A DNA stretch of 64,000 nt from Lama glama (Eukaryota), in NCBI GenBank assembly GCA_028534125.1, contig CM052827.1, positions 67,580,001-67,644,000 on the forward strand, given 5' to 3'. Below, piece by piece: positions 60,700 through 64,000 of this stretch (position 1 is the stretch's first letter; every line of letters starts with the position of its first letter). Below the pieces are notes generated by a model. That model did no database searches and was not told the origin of the DNA. It saw nothing but the letters and a program-made list of their open reading frames with translations. Made by a program: the position numbers and the translations under genes.

Positions 60700-61630
60700 A
60701 TTCTTACCTGTCTGGCCTGTGAGCTCAGGGACCGTATTTATTGAGCCAACCCAAGCTGTGCCCTGGCAGTGTCCCGACTTCTCTGTCCCCTGCTCCCTGC
60801 ATCGAAGCAATCAGAAAGTTCTACTGACCTCTGAAACATCCCGAAGTGCTTACTCCTCCCAGTCACTGCCTCGATGCTCATCTCACAACCCGCTAAGGGC
60901 ACCGGACTGTGTCCCAGGGATCCTTGCTTTCCACTGCCACTCAGCCCCTCACGTCCTCTCCCTCCACGGGCCTCCGCTCGTGAACACCTCCTTCCTTCTC
61001 ATCCACCTGTGCTCCCCTCGCCCCTCCTTCTTTCTTCATCCTGCTCATCGGACAAACCGCAGTTCTGGTTAGAAAGCCGATCTCCGGGGCTGCCGGACTC
61101 ACGGGGGCCCCACGATCCACTGTCACCTGTGACCGCTGATCTCGGGTGGGTCCTCGGGTCGGCCTTGGCAACTCTACTGCACACCCCGCGTCCACCACCC
61201 TGCCCCCAGCCTGGACGGCTGTTTTGCACTCTGCCCTCTCTTTACAAATCTCCTCCCGACCTGCAGTGCAGAACTGTGCGCTTGTGTTTCACTGAGAAAC
61301 AAAAGTGATAGGAGAGCTTCCCCACACGGCCGCTTCCACCTTCGCTAGTCTTCCCACGTTCATACCCGCACTGTCGGCCCCGTTTCTGTGGAGGGACCGT
61401 CTGCCCCCTCACAGCCACTCCTGCACCTGCACCGTCCGTCCCACCTCTAGCCTCCGCTCCGTCACCCCTCCAGCAGCCGTCTCCCCCTCTCCTCCGTTAC
61501 CCTGCTTCCCCTGCCACTGGGTCCCACCTGTCAGCAAATGCACACTGTGACTTGCCTACCTTAAAAAATAAAAAAACAAAAAGCCCGCCTTCACCTCACT
61601 TCCTCCTCCAGGTCCTATTCTGCTCCCCGT
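60700..61630 (+). mobile_element. L2 ORF2-region remnant
   Basis: Pyrimidine-rich L2-like tracts, e.g. ttcactgagaaacaaaagtgataggagagcttccc, and ccactgggtcccacctgtcagcaaatgcacac. Confidence 0.55.
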
Positions 61631-64000
61631 GTCTTCGGGAGCTTGTGGTCTGGAAATGGTGATATGTACGCGCCTGTGAGTATCACTGGGCGACTAAAAT
61701 CGGCGTGCAACACCCTCTTACCTACCTGTGCGTTCTCACCGCCTGGCGGTGCGTCACCATCATCAGTTGCTCAGTAAATGTTGGCTGAATAGGTGACTCA
61801 CAAGAGATTATAAAGAGCAATAAAGGGAGAAATCCACTGGGACCAGCAGGGATAGGGACAGAGACGGAGAAGGAAATGAGAAAAGCCGTCAGGCGGGCAG
61901 GTGAGAAGGCGAGGTTAACGCTGGAACAGCTGGAGCCCGCAGGAACCCGCCTGTCATCCTGTGGGCCGCGGTGCTGCTGAAGACCTTCAAACAGGGAAGG
62001 AGCATCATACGCATTACAACCTGGAAACGTTAATCTGACATTCTACCTTGAGGCTAGCGGGTGCGGAAACCGGTGCAGAGACGCTGCCATAGTCCACGCA
62101 GGGAGAACTACGGAGCTGCTCCAGGAGGCTGGCGGGGGTGGGGGTACATTCAGGGTGTCTGGCTGACGGGCAAGAGCCGCTGCTCTAAAGCCCGTTGCCT
62201 ACTTAGCTTCAACTGGTATTAAGTTCCTCCCACGTATATATGCCACCGAGACCGGGACTGTCACGTACTCAAGGGGCAGTATTTTTGCCCCTCAGGTTAC
62301 GAGTGAAGAGACTGTCTCCTCAGGACACTCAGCAAGTAAGTGGTAGGAAAAAAAAAATCAAAGTCAGGTCTCAGCTATGGCGCTCTTCTTGGCTTGTGAC
62401 AAACGTTTGACCTAGTGAGATTTCTGTGTGTGACAATCCAGAACTGGAGTCTAAAGCTCGTCTCGCCAACACCAGGGCAGTTCGCTTTGTCTCTGATGGT
62501 CCTAGAAGTGACGCTGGAGAGTAAACTTCCTCATTCGGATCAGATCACGTGACGGCAGTAAACCTTTCCCATCTGTTACCCAGCTCCCCGCCCCACACAT
62601 CCATGCCAGCGACTCAACACTCCCCCTGTACAGACCCTAAGTAAACTCTCTCCTGGCCCTTAACCAGATTCCCCGTCTGCAGAACGAGGCGACAGCACCA
62701 AACCACACAGAGACATGCGAAGCACACAGACGATGCCTCACAGACAGCAGACACCAAATCCACGCTAGCTAACTGCACCTGCCCCTTCCAGCCTTCCCCG
62801 TCTTGTAAAGTCCAGTCCACATCGACGCCACGGACTGCTCCAGGAAGAGCTGAATGGCTTCCTCTTCACTTTTTTTGTAACCTGATTTTAATATTTTTTT
62901 CATAGTCTCATTGATGTTCTGGCTAAAGTACACGTCTCTTGCTCCAATTAGAATGCAAAAGTAATGTTTCATTTATATTTCACCCTCCATGACGTTAGCA
63001 CAGTGTGATGGGTATAGTTGGTCCCAAATAAGTAACTGCTGAATTCACTGCTGAACACTCTCGTTGTCAATCGCTAATTAATTTTAAAATAAATTTGCAG
63101 GGAAGATGATTGTACACACACATCAGTAGAACAAACACATCTGTTAGTGCTACATTAGTTAGTCTCACTCAACTATGACTTAGGAAAAAAGAAATAATTC
63201 CTTGAACATAACACTGTATAGAAGGTAACACCATGGATTTAATAAAAAAGGGTTTGTTATGACATCTGTGAAGCACACTCTATCACGGCCCACAACGCCG
63301 TCCCATCAGCTTCCCGTCCACTCCCACCTCCCCAGCAGAGCCGCCTGACCGAGCGCGCCCACGGTCTGTGACAGCGGACTGCCGGCCAGCCCTGCTGCTT
63401 AGCAAGCGCTCCCTATGCTGAGTTTAAATCGGTCTTCTCATAACTTCTACTCATTCGTTCTAGCTCTTCAATTTACATTAATAAGGCTTGTGCCCCAAGG
63501 AAATCTATAACTGGAACCAGAGTCTTCTAAATTGCAAGCTGCATCCTCTCTCTGCATTCAAACAGAAAGAGAGGAGAAACCATGGAATTCAGAGCAGGAG
63601 AGAAGTTCGTATTGCTTCCTTTCTCTCAGCTGAAGCGCTGGAAACGGGTGTCGCTGGGCCGTAGGCAGATGTGCGGGAAGGGCAGGAGATGAAGTCTAGC
63701 CGGCAAACGCAGTGATGACCGGAGCAGTGAGACGCACCGACGTGCACGGAAAAACAGGCCTGCAGCCCAGCAGCTGTGCCTCCTGGACAGCCCGATCCCC
63801 CACGGGCTCATCCCGTCAGAGACCGCCACACGTCCACGTCCTCCCTCCGTAAGACGGGCAGCTTCAGGCCGCACACGGTTTCAAGCTAGAGGATGCTAAC
63901 AGTTGACCACGTGTAAAGCGAGCCCGCGGAAACTCTCAGCGGGTTCAGTGTAAGTCAGATGCCCTCAAAGGCAAACCAGAATCTGGAAACAAAAAACAAG

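Larger units (their letters stand above)
22286..64000 (-). other. LRRC8D: Probable long intron upstream of the LRRC8D coding exon (5' non-coding exons not identified in the window)
   Basis: Acceptor at 22286, no credible coding ORF, dense old repeats. LRRC8D is known to have non-coding 5' exons separated from the coding exon by a very long intron. Confidence 0.7.

Noticed and set aside
1-64000. CRISPR arrays, operons, prokaryotic defence or other novel multi-gene systems
   Set aside because: The window is mammalian intron/intergenic DNA. No regularly spaced repeat arrays or additional credible genes were seen.

Overview
Mammalian (non-microbial) genomic DNA, most likely camelid. The basis is four copies of a tRNA-derived SINE matching my recollection of the camelid Vic-1/SINE_Vpa type, plus cetartiodactyl-type L1 tails. 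The only protein-coding feature is the single coding exon of LRRC8D (volume-regulated anion channel subunit, 858 aa, minus strand, 19707-22283). Its splice acceptor lies 2 nt upstream of the ATG and its ~0.85 kb 3'UTR ends at tandem AATAAA signals near 18884-18910. Positions 22286-64000 are probably the long upstream intron, and 1-18800 is downstream intergenic DNA. Both are full of old L2, MIR, L3, L1M, MaLR/ERV LTR and MER DNA-transposon remnants, and there are two assembly gaps. I found no new gene system. The most striking signal is a patchy, strongly directional A/T-to-G/C rewriting of the locus, resembling GC-biased gene conversion. It has turned ancient repeats into CpG-island-like DNA. 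It is measurable directly between the arms of a local inverted duplication (12:1). It also appears to have driven amino-acid replacements into otherwise very conserved parts of LRRC8D. Smaller oddities are a 36-bp L1 insertion with a perfect 16-bp TSD, an orphan L1 5' end, an orphan L1 endonuclease fragment and a perfect intronic ARE. Repeat family names and human comparisons come from memory of consensus sequences and need confirming by alignment.
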